Assembly: GCA_905478415.1 (NCBI GenBank) | Contig: CAJQIG010000001.1 | Coordinates: 150,098 to 214,097 of the forward strand | Length of the DNA: 64,000 nt | Reading direction: 5' to 3' | Source: an uncultured Patescibacteria group bacterium | GTDB lineage: Bacteria > Patescibacteriota > Microgenomatia > UBA1400 > PJMF01 | Shown here: positions 56,451 to 64,000 of the stretch, piece by piece | Layout of the letters: every line of letters begins with the position of its first letter | How positions within the stretch are numbered: position 1 is the stretch's first letter | Made by a program: the position numbers and the translations under genes | The notes under the pieces: model-generated | Database searches by the model: none | Told to the model about the DNA's origin: nothing | Seen by the model: only the letters and a program-made list of their open reading frames with translations

Positions 56451-56753
56451 ATGGCCGTACAAAAATATAAAAAATACTACGAATTGATGGTTGCCCAAAA
56501 TCAAAAAATGTTTGATCAATTTCTTGAAGTTCATAATAATTTTTTAGTTGATGAAAAAAAATATGCTACCCAATTTCATACTCTGGGACGTGATGTCACG
56601 GATACTATCCGTTTCTGGGAACGAAAACTCTGTTCTGGTATGGAGCGAGGAAAGAACAGTCAATACTCTAGCAAACTTGCAGAAAAATTTTGGGGGCAAG
56701 TGAGAAAGACCTATACTCACATTGACCTAGTTGGAGTTGAAGTAAAAAAGTAA
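56451..56753 (+). CDS. hypothetical protein
   Basis: 100-aa ORF, basic, no motif. Confidence 0.4.
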   Translation: MAVQKYKKYYELMVAQNQKMFDQFLEVHNNFLVDEKKYATQFHTLGRDVTDTIRFWERKLCSGMERGKNSQYSSKLAEKFWGQVRKTYTHIDLVGVEVKK

Positions 56754-56766
56754 CATAGAAACAGAC

Positions 56767-58431
56767 ATGGAAGTTTTTGTTGAGCTCAGCTTAATTATCA
56801 CCATCACCACTTTAGTTTCATTTATCATGAAACAGCTCAAACAACCATTAGTGGTTGGGTATATTTTAAGCGGTATCCTTGTCGGACCGCTCTTTCTCAA
56901 TTTACTTCACTCCACTGACGTGATTGAGGTCTTCTCAAAGTTAGGCATTTCAATTCTTTTGTTTATCGTTGGACTCCATATGAATCCTAAAATTGTGAAG
57001 GAAGTGGGTTCTGTTTCGTTAATCACTGGAGTAGGTCAAGTGCTTTTCACCTCATTCTTTGGTTTTATTCTTGCAGTTCTACTTGGTCTTGATACGGTGG
57101 CAGCCATGTACGTTGCAATTGCCCTTACCTTTAGTAGTACTATCATTATTCTTAAACTTCTTTCTGATAAAGGTGACGTGCATAGTCTCTATGGGCGGAT
57201 ATCTGTCGGATTTTTATTAGTGCAGGATATCATTGCAACCTTAATTTTAATTATTGTGTCTTCGGTGGCAGGAGCAGGTGACATGCCGCTTTCATTCACC
57301 CTTTTTTCTGTTCTGATGAAAGGCGCTTTTATTTTGATTTCACTCGAATTAATAAAAAAATTAGTGCTTCCAAAGTTGCTCGAAGCAGCTTCGGATAACT
57401 CAGAGTTATTATTCATCTTTTCTCTGACTTGGGGACTTGGGTGTGCTGCCCTATTCTACGTCCTTGGACTCTCTGTAGAAATTGGTGCCTTAATTAGCGG
57501 AGTGGTGTTATCTTCTTCTATCTATGCTGAAGAAATCGGCTCACGCTTGCGACCGCTCAGAGACTTCTTTATTGTGCTCTTCTTTGTACTCTTAGGGGCT
57601 TCAATGACCCTTAATTCTGGATTTACATTAGTGCTACCAGTGCTTGTTTTATCACTGTTTGTCCTAATTGGAAATCCAATTATTGTCGTCATCATCATGA
57701 ACTTACTTGGATACCATAAAAAGACTGGGTTCCAAGCGGGACTTACCGTTGCCCAAATTAGTGAGTTTAGCCTTATTTTGGCTACATTAGGCTTTAATGT
57801 GGGACATATAAATCAGGAGATCTTAACCATGATTACTTTGGTAGGACTAATTACTATTTCTGGTTCAACCTACTTAATTTTGTATTCAGACAAAATCTAT
57901 ACTCTGATTGAAAAATACCTCTCATTTTTAGAGCTGAGAAAAAATAATCAAAGTAGTACCGGTAAATATGCAAAGGTCGATACCTTTATTTTTGGATTTA
58001 ATCGAGTTGGCACCACATTTTTAGATACCTTTAAAGAACTTGGCTATAACACTGGCATAGTTGATTTTGACCCGAATACTCTCGATAAATTGCCCAAACG
58101 AAGTAACTATTACTATGGTGATGTGGCTGATGTAGAATTTTTAAGTGAACTTCCTCTTGGACAAGTAAAGTTTGCTATTTCCTCAATTAAGAACCGTGAA
58201 GCAAATCTGACAGTATTAAAACACTTGGCGGAACGACAACCAAAAGCCATTAGTATTATCTTTGCTGAGGATGTTGTAGAAGCTCAAGCACTGTACGAAG
58301 CCGGTGCCAATCAAGTCGTCCTGCCTCACTTTGTGGGTGCCGAAGTCACTGCTAAACTCATTAAACGAGTAGGATACTCACCAGCTAGCTTCGACAGAAA
58401 AAAACAAGAGCACATCAAGAATTGGAGTTAA
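56767..58431 (+). CDS. monovalent cation:proton antiporter (CPA2/Kef-type) with C-terminal RCK/TrkA-N domain
   Basis: About 12 TM helices with a CPA2-like N-terminus (VGYILSGILVGP). C-terminal FIFGFNRVGTTFLDTFKELGYNTGIVDFDPNTLDKL is the Rossmann RCK domain. Confidence 0.8.
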   Translation: MEVFVELSLIITITTLVSFIMKQLKQPLVVGYILSGILVGPLFLNLLHSTDVIEVFSKLGISILLFIVGLHMNPKIVKEVGSVSLITGVGQVLFTSFFGFILAVLLGLDTVAAMYVAIALTFSSTIIILKLLSDKGDVHSLYGRISVGFLLVQDIIATLILIIVSSVAGAGDMPLSFTLFSVLMKGAFILISLELIKKLVLPKLLEAASDNSELLFIFSLTWGLGCAALFYVLGLSVEIGALISGVVLSSSIYAEEIGSRLRPLRDFFIVLFFVLLGASMTLNSGFTLVLPVLVLSLFVLIGNPIIVVIIMNLLGYHKKTGFQAGLTVAQISEFSLILATLGFNVGHINQEILTMITLVGLITISGSTYLILYSDKIYTLIEKYLSFLELRKNNQSSTGKYAKVDTFIFGFNRVGTTFLDTFKELGYNTGIVDFDPNTLDKLPKRSNYYYGDVADVEFLSELPLGQVKFAISSIKNREANLTVLKHLAERQPKAISIIFAEDVVEAQALYEAGANQVVLPHFVGAEVTAKLIKRVGYSPASFDRKKQEHIKNWS

Positions 58432-58432
58432 C

Positions 58433-58460
58433 TTTACGCATTCATGTGGTAAACTATAAT
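58433..58460 (+). promoter_or_regulatory. sigma70-like promoter for tRNA-Gln
   Basis: TTTACG (-35), 16-nt spacer, TATAAT (-10), ending ~15 nt upstream of the tRNA 5' end. Confidence 0.45.
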
Positions 58461-58474
58461 CGATTATTGCCCAA

Positions 58475-58545
58475 TCCCGAATAGTGAAGTGGCATCACAA
58501 CAGGTTCTGGTCCTGTTATCCTAGGTTCGAATCCTAGTTCGGGAT
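58475..58545 (+). tRNA. tRNA-Gln (anticodon CUG)
   Basis: Manual fold. Acceptor TCCCGAA/TTCGGGA (U1-A72 as in bacterial tRNA-Gln), U8, D-stem GTGA/TCAC with GG in the D-loop. Anticodon stem ACAGG/CCTGT, loop TTCTGGT gives CTG. T-arm CTAGG-TTCGAAT-CCTAG. CCA is not encoded. 71 nt with a 4-nt variable loop. Coordinates +/-1. Confidence 0.8.
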
Positions 58546-58634
58546 CCTTTTTCTTAAAAAAGTATACTACCTGATAGATTTTATTTTAACTTTCCTTTTG
58601 AATACCAAAGCTTTCATCTTTATACTAGGTTCAT

Positions 58635-59684
58635 ATGCCAGAGCATCAACGTCCATTCATAGATACTATTGTGAACAAGATACATTCAGCTCCTGATACT
58701 GCAGAAAATAACATCCAATTTTTGCTAAGAGTCGAAGCGTATGAGTATGGATCTACGTTACAAACAAAGCATCAAATAGCTGAAGCACTTCAATCAATTG
58801 CAATCCCAGAGAGCATGCGCGAAGAAGTGGAATTATATCTTCTCTATTTGAAAAGATACGAGCGCACCACACCAGTCTTCGATGAAACATGTATTACCTA
58901 TGACAACGGATACTTCATTGGGGGCTTCCCACTTTTTGATGCAACCAAAAACTACATTTTTCAGCCAAACTATACAGGTGTGGTCATTGCTCAATCGGGG
59001 GAACAATACCAAGTCACCTGTTATCCAAACTCTGTAGAAATTAAAAACTATGGCAGAGTGGAACAAATGTCAGGAGAACCCGGCTATTTCAAGTTAAAAA
59101 AAGAAGAACAATATGCACAAGCTTTTGTTGAAAAGGAGTCTCCAGACAAATCAGAGAGAGATCCCAACATATACTTTGGTCGTTTACTTCAATATTTAAC
59201 TGATACCTATCCATTTGCAATGGGACCTATTACTCACTTTAGAGCGGATTGGAGAAAAGGAACAAACTATGATGTATATCAGGAATATACTGCACTGTTG
59301 CAAAAACAAATAAAACCTTTTGTCAACTCACCTGTGGCAGCACAGCCATTGTATGAGCAATTGGCACCATATATTGTAGACACACCACTTAACGGGGTAG
59401 ATCTAGCAACCTATCTAGAAAAACTAAAAAAAATAGAGTTAGAAAGACGACAACAAAAAATAGCAATAGGATGGGACTATGCTCTTGATCAACAAGCAAT
59501 TAATCAAGAAGCTATTTTAGAATTATGTGCTCAAATTGCTGCATGGAAAACAGCCACCGGAACGGCGTTGCACACGAAATTAGGTTTTTCCAGCGTACAT
59601 ACGTTTCCTTTATTGTTATTTTCTAGAGAGATAAAAACTGTTCTAGAGAGAGAAAAAAGAATACAGAGTTTACCGGTTATTTAA
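58635..59684 (+). CDS. hypothetical protein
   Basis: 349-aa ORF, soluble, no motif recognised. Confidence 0.5.
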   Translation: MPEHQRPFIDTIVNKIHSAPDTAENNIQFLLRVEAYEYGSTLQTKHQIAEALQSIAIPESMREEVELYLLYLKRYERTTPVFDETCITYDNGYFIGGFPLFDATKNYIFQPNYTGVVIAQSGEQYQVTCYPNSVEIKNYGRVEQMSGEPGYFKLKKEEQYAQAFVEKESPDKSERDPNIYFGRLLQYLTDTYPFAMGPITHFRADWRKGTNYDVYQEYTALLQKQIKPFVNSPVAAQPLYEQLAPYIVDTPLNGVDLATYLEKLKKIELERRQQKIAIGWDYALDQQAINQEAILELCAQIAAWKTATGTALHTKLGFSSVHTFPLLLFSREIKTVLEREKRIQSLPVI

Positions 59685-59791
59685 CAGTTAAAATAACTAT
59701 GATTATTCAAAATGAAGATATTTGAAGTTCCAACATAATACAACAGTACCCTACTACAATAACTAGCTACCATGTAAAGCATCCCATAGTA

Positions 59792-59820
59792 TTGAGATTA
59801 TTTAATCTTTATGTTAAAAT
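59792..59820 (+). promoter_or_regulatory. sigma70-like promoter upstream of 59863..60180
   Basis: TTGAGA, 17 nt, TAAAAT. Confidence 0.35.
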
Positions 59821-59862
59821 AGCAGACATATTTTATCAACACATCAGCAATCAACCGGTTGC

Positions 59863-60180
59863 TTGAACATTAATAATAACAAGGAGGATGAAACTTTGAA
59901 AACAGTGACTAGTACTGTTGTTTCAAAATCAAAGTATAAGGGAATGCAACCGATGAATGGAAAAATGATGATGTTTGATTTTCCATTCAAGCGGCCAATC
60001 TGCTATCAGCTACATTTAGCAGAGGGATGCACTATTGATGTGAGTAAAACTAAATACTACTCCACAGCAATAGGTGACACCATTACTGCTGAATGTATGG
60101 AGTTATCAGATGTCCTGATTATTCTAAGTATTATTGTTGTTCTTATTTGCCTCTTTTTTGCATTATTTGTTCTTATTTAA
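59863..60180 (+). CDS. small C-terminally membrane-anchored protein
   Basis: ORF track (ATG 59863). A strong AAGGAGG at 59881-59887 sits 7 nt upstream of an in-frame TTG (~59896), so the real start may be there (94 aa). C-terminal VLIILSIIVVLICLFFALFVLI is a TM tail. Confidence 0.5.
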   Translation: MNINNNKEDETLKTVTSTVVSKSKYKGMQPMNGKMMMFDFPFKRPICYQLHLAEGCTIDVSKTKYYSTAIGDTITAECMELSDVLIILSIIVVLICLFFALFVLI

Positions 60181-60199
60181 AAGGTTGATAATTATTAAT

Positions 60200-60233
60200 C
60201 CTCTTCGGCATTGCCTGAAGAGGATTTTTTTTA
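60200..60233 (+). terminator. Rho-independent terminator
   Basis: CCTCTTCGGCA-TTGCC-TGAAGAGG hairpin followed by ATTTTTTTTTATT. Confidence 0.65.
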
Positions 60234-60278
60234 TTATTTGATACTTTTTAAATAAATAGAACCTATATTTATTTTTTA

Positions 60279-60287
60279 TGATATAAT
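60279..60287 (+). promoter_or_regulatory. extended -10 promoter element (TGaTATAAT) upstream of 60362..60769
   Basis: TGATATAAT matches the TGnTATAAT consensus ~75 nt upstream of the ATG. The gene has a GGAGG SD at 8 nt spacing. Confidence 0.45.
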
Positions 60288-60361
60288 TTAAAACGATTAC
60301 CATAGTAATCATCGCAATTTAAAATATCTTTGTTCAGCTTACGCCAAAGGAGGCATTCTAC

Positions 60362-60769
60362 ATGGTTTCACTCAATACTTTACAATCTGAACCCTATAAA
60401 GGGTATGTGAAAAAACTCTCTATTGAAGCAGGTTGGTCAGTAGAGGTCTATGATGTGCAAGCAGAACAGATTTGCTTGTTAGAAGAGTATGATGGAAAAT
60501 ACTTAGTCAGCGGAAGCAGTTTTCTAATTGCTCTCAACTATTACGGTTGTACACAATTAGAGTGGGAAGCAAAAAATGCACAGGGTGCTTCATGGTATGA
60601 TGCAAAGCCAATTTCTGGTACTGAATTAACAATCGGATTCTCAAAAATCTGGTTATTTTTTCAAGAGGACGAAGCAGAAGTAACCTTAAAAGTCCGGTTA
60701 CATGATGCAAGTAGCGAAGATAGTTTAGGAGAAGAACATGTTATTCACTTACAGCTAGTGAAAATATAA
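60362..60769 (+). CDS. hypothetical small protein
   Basis: 135-aa ORF with AAAGGAGG at 8 nt. No motifs. Confidence 0.55.
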   Translation: MVSLNTLQSEPYKGYVKKLSIEAGWSVEVYDVQAEQICLLEEYDGKYLVSGSSFLIALNYYGCTQLEWEAKNAQGASWYDAKPISGTELTIGFSKIWLFFQEDEAEVTLKVRLHDASSEDSLGEEHVIHLQLVKI

Positions 60770-60791
60770 TATGTATCTTTTCATATGCAAT

Positions 60792-60819
60792 AAAAAGCTG
60801 TCATTTTGGCAGCTTTTTT
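60792..60819. terminator. bidirectional intrinsic terminator between convergent small genes
   Basis: AAAAGCTGTC-ATTTT-GGCAGCTTTT, with the A-run and T-run forming the stem ends, so it works on either strand. Confidence 0.6.
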
Positions 60820-60879
60820 GTTATATAACAAAACGCCTCATTATTGAAAAAAATTATACATCTGAATCTTTTTACCACC

Positions 60880-61317
60880 TTAACTCAACTGATCCCTTAC
60901 TCTATTTGCATTGCTTGCTAATCCATCTCTAAACTGAGTAGCAACTTCTTGACCCAAATCCTTGTGCATTAATACAATGGTTGCCACATTTTTATTTGCA
61001 TCATCTTGTTTTGGTAACGACCTCAGCTGCATGCCCATTATTTCTGCCTCTACTTTGTCATTAAGCTGTATCTTCACTTTAGGCAATCTATCACTTTCTT
61101 TCAGTCGATGCATTGCCAATTCTAGTGCCACATGATCTATCTGTTGATGGGAAAAGGAAACAAATAGAGGAAGATAATCTGCGTTTTCTTTAGGAAAGAT
61201 TCTATCAAGTTGAACCTTTGTTTCTGCTCCAACTTGGTCAATTGTGATAAGGCCACAATCCTTTGATCTCTTTACCACCTGTGTTTCATTGTCATTTTTA
61301 GCTTCACTGCCATTCAT
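60880..61317 (-). CDS. hypothetical small protein
   Basis: 145-aa ORF, hydrophilic, no motifs. Confidence 0.5.
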   Translation of the reverse strand: MNGSEAKNDNETQVVKRSKDCGLITIDQVGAETKVQLDRIFPKENADYLPLFVSFSHQQIDHVALELAMHRLKESDRLPKVKIQLNDKVEAEIMGMQLRSLPKQDDANKNVATIVLMHKDLGQEVATQFRDGLASNANRVRDQLS

Positions 61318-61377
61318 ATTTTTCTTTCATTCTAATGTTAGTGATACTTTTAAGTATACTACAAACATACCATTATA

Positions 61378-61406
61378 TTTACTTTATCCTATAAGTTTGC
61401 TATAAT
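61378..61406 (+). promoter_or_regulatory. sigma70-like promoter with extended -10 upstream of 61449..61847
   Basis: TTTACT (-35), 17-nt spacer, TGcTATAAT (extended -10). Confidence 0.45.
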
Positions 61407-61448
61407 GCCGAATCTTTAACATCAGTCACCTTTTCAATGGAGGAAACA

Positions 61449-61847
61449 ATGAGTAAGGTACGTTTGTCTTTAGGACCAAAACTTGAATATCCAAGTGTCC
61501 CAGCAGTTTTTATAGAACAAAAAGGAAAGCTTTGGCCACCCTTTTCATATAAGAAAGTTGAGCACGCTACAAAATGTAGTGCAAGTATGCAACCAGTTTT
61601 CCTAGTTGAATCAGATTTTGCTCGTCAGTTTGTTGGGTTTATGGAACCTCTTCAAAAACCCAGAAGTTTGTTACTACTCCCCTGTGATCCGAATGAGGAA
61701 ATAACGCTCAGTGGCCTACACAAAGGCCATATGATCTATGACGTGAAAATCAGGTTTGTCTCATTTTCTACAGTCAAATTAACGAGCTTTTTCCCGTTTC
61801 CAGATTCGGGAATTGCTACGTATTCTGTTGATTTTGAAGCACAGTAA
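61449..61847 (+). CDS. hypothetical small protein
   Basis: ORF track 61437..61847. The ATG at 61449 (MSKVRL) is preceded by GGAGG at ~6 nt. No motifs. Confidence 0.55.
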   Translation: MSKVRLSLGPKLEYPSVPAVFIEQKGKLWPPFSYKKVEHATKCSASMQPVFLVESDFARQFVGFMEPLQKPRSLLLLPCDPNEEITLSGLHKGHMIYDVKIRFVSFSTVKLTSFFPFPDSGIATYSVDFEAQ

Positions 61848-61866
61848 TAGTGACTTGTTAAATTTT

Positions 61867-61896
61867 AACCCGGGCAAACACCCGGGTTATTTTTTT
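61867..61896 (+). terminator. Rho-independent terminator
   Basis: AACCCGGG-CAAACA-CCCGGGTT then ATTTTTTT. Confidence 0.7.
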
Positions 61897-61934
61897 ATCG
61901 ATCACAACTCACATTCATTTGCTATACTTCTTTT

Positions 61935-62735
61935 ATGAAGATTCTTTCTTACAACATTATGAGTGGCGGTTTTAATGGCTACGACCATGAAACAAAGCAA
62001 CCGCAGCGACTAGAGCTGATCAAAAAGAGTGTTAAAGCTATCAATGCGGATGTAATCTCATTAGTTGACACCTTCAGGTGGGATCAATTATATACGAACA
62101 AACAACTCTGTGAGATGTTTAAGTATCGATATGCCCACTGCATAAACCTAGGCGACAGCAGACTTAAAAAACTTGGACATAACAATGGCATAACAGTGCT
62201 CTCCAATGTTGAAGGAACCACTTTTAAAACTCTGAATCTTGGAACTAGAAATGCCATCCAGACATCAATACCACAAGGTGGTGCCCCAATAGATCTATTT
62301 AGCATCTATCTAGATGACCTGAGTGAAGAAGTCCGATTGCAACAAATACATCACCTAGTAAAGAATCTAGAACCTCAAAAAGCATCAATTATTATGGGAG
62401 ATCTAAATACACTTAGCCCAAAAGACAGTGTCATTACAAAGAGTGTTGTAGATATTCTTTTACAGGAAAATCCAAAATACGAATTTATTAGAAATCAACT
62501 ATACGACATGATGGAAACCAAAGTTATACAGCAACTCTTTGACCTGGGTTTTAAGGATGCAGCAAACCCTCCAATCAACACAGCGCCCACAAAACTGACA
62601 CACATCTCAGATAAAGCTTTTTTACGACTGGATCATTGTCTCTATAAGAATGTACCTATTAAAACATTTCAAGTTCTGACTGATACTTTATATGACCAGG
62701 TATCTGATCACTACCCCATCGTAGTGGAGTTATAA
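61935..62735 (+). CDS. endonuclease/exonuclease/phosphatase (EEP) family protein
   Basis: N-terminal ILSYNIMSGG and C-terminal SDHYPIVVEL are the hallmark first and last catalytic motifs of EEP-fold Mg-dependent nucleases/phosphatases. Confidence 0.7.
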   Translation: MKILSYNIMSGGFNGYDHETKQPQRLELIKKSVKAINADVISLVDTFRWDQLYTNKQLCEMFKYRYAHCINLGDSRLKKLGHNNGITVLSNVEGTTFKTLNLGTRNAIQTSIPQGGAPIDLFSIYLDDLSEEVRLQQIHHLVKNLEPQKASIIMGDLNTLSPKDSVITKSVVDILLQENPKYEFIRNQLYDMMETKVIQQLFDLGFKDAANPPINTAPTKLTHISDKAFLRLDHCLYKNVPIKTFQVLTDTLYDQVSDHYPIVVEL

Positions 62736-62798
62736 TCCTTTCTCATCCTAAAAAGAACAATCATTTAGTAAACAAGACTTTACTGCTATTATAAGAAA

Positions 62799-64000
62799 GT
62801 GAAAACAATCGCTCAGCTCAACAAACCTGTCATTCTTTTTTTTATTTTATACTTTCTTTTGGGAACACTTATTTTTAAAAATTATGGAATATCTTGGGAT
62901 GAACCCTATCAGCGACAAATCGGCTACGTCAGCTTAGAATATATTAGAGGAGACACATCTCTACTCAGCTTCACTGACCGCTACTACGGAGTTATCTTTG
63001 AACTTCCACTCGTCATAATAGAGAGAGTTGCAAATATTGAAGATACTCGAATAATCTATCTTTTTAGACACTACGCTACTTTTTTGCTTTTTTATGCAGG
63101 TGTTATTGTGTTTTACTTACTCAATACAAAGCTCTTTAAATCTTGGAAACTAGGTCTTGTTGCTTGCAGTTTTTTACTTCTCAACCCCCGAATATTTGCT
63201 GATAGTTTTTATAACTCAAAAGATATACCCCTTTTGGTTTTCTATATTTTTTCAACCTATACTACCTACCAATTTGTTACAGAAAAAAAGAAGACTAACT
63301 TTTTTTTACACAGCCTAGCCTCTGCCCTCGTCATAAATACTCGGGTTGTAGGATTAATTATTCCTGCCGTCACTACCCTATTTCTGCTAGTTTCTGAACC
63401 TAAAAAAAACATTAAAAAACTAGTTTACTATCTAACTACTACGTCAATTTTTACTTACCTCTTCTGGCCAGTACTCTGGACAAATCCACTCCGTATTTTC
63501 GAAGCCATCGCAACTATGGCTAATTTTTCATATCAAAAGAATCTACCAACTCTCTATCTTGGCGAGTTCGTCTCAACCTTTTCTTTGCCATGGCATTATT
63601 TACCCGTTTGGATAGGTAGCACTCTTCCCATCAGTTTTTCAATTCTTTTTCTTTTAGGACTTCTTAAAGCTTTTTTTGAATATAAGCAAGGAACATCAAA
63701 AAAGTTGCAAGAGAATTCTCTGCTGTTGGTGCTTATGTGCGTTCCAATTCTCAGTGCCATTTTCTTAGGATCTACTCTCTATGACGGCTGGAGACATTTC
63801 TACTTTATCTACCCATTAATGGTCGTTTTTATGATCAAAGGTGTACAGATCTTACCAAAAAAACTACTTTTAATTGTAGGAATTGAACTACTACTGACTA
63901 TCAGCTTCATGATCAAAAATCACCCTCACCAACAGGTCTACTTTACTAGCATCTTCAGAAATAATTTTGAAACTGCGAAACAACTCTTTGAGTTAGATTA
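62799..64000 (+). CDS. PMT/ArnT-like membrane glycosyltransferase (GT39/GT83-type), 5' part; runs off window end
   Basis: Open frame from GTG ~62799 to the window end (not in the track because it is unterminated). TM1 then KNYGISWDEPYQRQIGYVSLEYIRGD, plus multiple TM helices. Same DE-loop architecture as the five paralogs upstream. Confidence 0.55.
   Translation, partial: MKTIAQLNKPVILFFILYFLLGTLIFKNYGISWDEPYQRQIGYVSLEYIRGDTSLLSFTDRYYGVIFELPLVIIERVANIEDTRIIYLFRHYATFLLFYAGVIVFYLLNTKLFKSWKLGLVACSFLLLNPRIFADSFYNSKDIPLLVFYIFSTYTTYQFVTEKKKTNFFLHSLASALVINTRVVGLIIPAVTTLFLLVSEPKKNIKKLVYYLTTTSIFTYLFWPVLWTNPLRIFEAIATMANFSYQKNLPTLYLGEFVSTFSLPWHYLPVWIGSTLPISFSILFLLGLLKAFFEYKQGTSKKLQENSLLLVLMCVPILSAIFLGSTLYDGWRHFYFIYPLMVVFMIKGVQILPKKLLLIVGIELLLTISFMIKNHPHQQVYFTSIFRNNFETAKQLFELD

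Noticed and set aside
58546-58634. Terminator after tRNA-Gln
   Set aside because: A T-run (CCTTTTTCTT) follows the tRNA, but no independent stable hairpin beyond the tRNA acceptor/T-arm itself is evident. It was left unannotated.
1-64000. Alternative genetic code (UGA=Gly, code 25) as in some candidate phyla
   Set aside because: Long ORFs terminate cleanly with TGA in expected places, such as the ATGA couplings at 17134-17137 and 7842-7845. Homology-supported proteins are full length under code 11.
1-64000. CRISPR arrays, IS elements, integrases, prophage genes, rRNA
   Set aside because: No regularly spaced direct repeats, no DDE or tyrosine-recombinase-like ORFs, no phage structural signatures and no rRNA-like conserved stretches were seen on either strand.

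Overview
This is a low-GC (~35-40%) bacterial chromosomal segment with tight gene packing and many overlapping stop/start codons. Most genes have weak or no Shine-Dalgarno signal. The housekeeping set includes trmD, gltX, ybeY, dnaX, ybaB, rdgB, an M29 aminopeptidase, class-I fbaB, a short GT35 alpha-glucan phosphorylase, a Kef-type antiporter and tRNA-Gln. Together with the weak SD signal, this is consistent with a reduced-genome Gram-positive-type or CPR/Patescibacteria-like organism, but that is an inference and not provable from this window. UGA is used as a stop codon (for example the ATGA overlap at 17134-17137), so the standard code 11 applies. Positions ~3.1-44.6 kb form one very large cell-envelope glycosylation supercluster. 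It contains about 10 GT-A (GT2) enzymes, including Dpm1/GtrB-like polyprenyl-phosphate sugar synthases, and 2 GT4 enzymes. It also contains at least 14 polytopic membrane proteins resembling GT-C fold glycosyltransferases. These comprise six PMT/ArnT-like paralogs with a DE loop motif, a tandem pair with a G-D-x-G-[RK]-D motif, three paralogs of an uncharacterised family with a GQFPVRW motif, and a PIG-V-like protein. A Wzx-type flippase, an LCP (LytR-CpsA-Psr) ligase, rmlBCD, a GalE-like epimerase and a distant fcl complete the cluster. The first 6 kb contain three GC-richer single-gene units of unknown function, each with its own terminator. The last 6 kb contain a tRNA-Gln followed by several small unknown genes. 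Unlike most of the window, these carry canonical sigma70-like promoters, GGAGG ribosome-binding sites and intrinsic terminators. They are followed by an EEP-family nuclease and a further truncated PMT-like gene. No CRISPR array, transposase, integrase or rRNA was seen.
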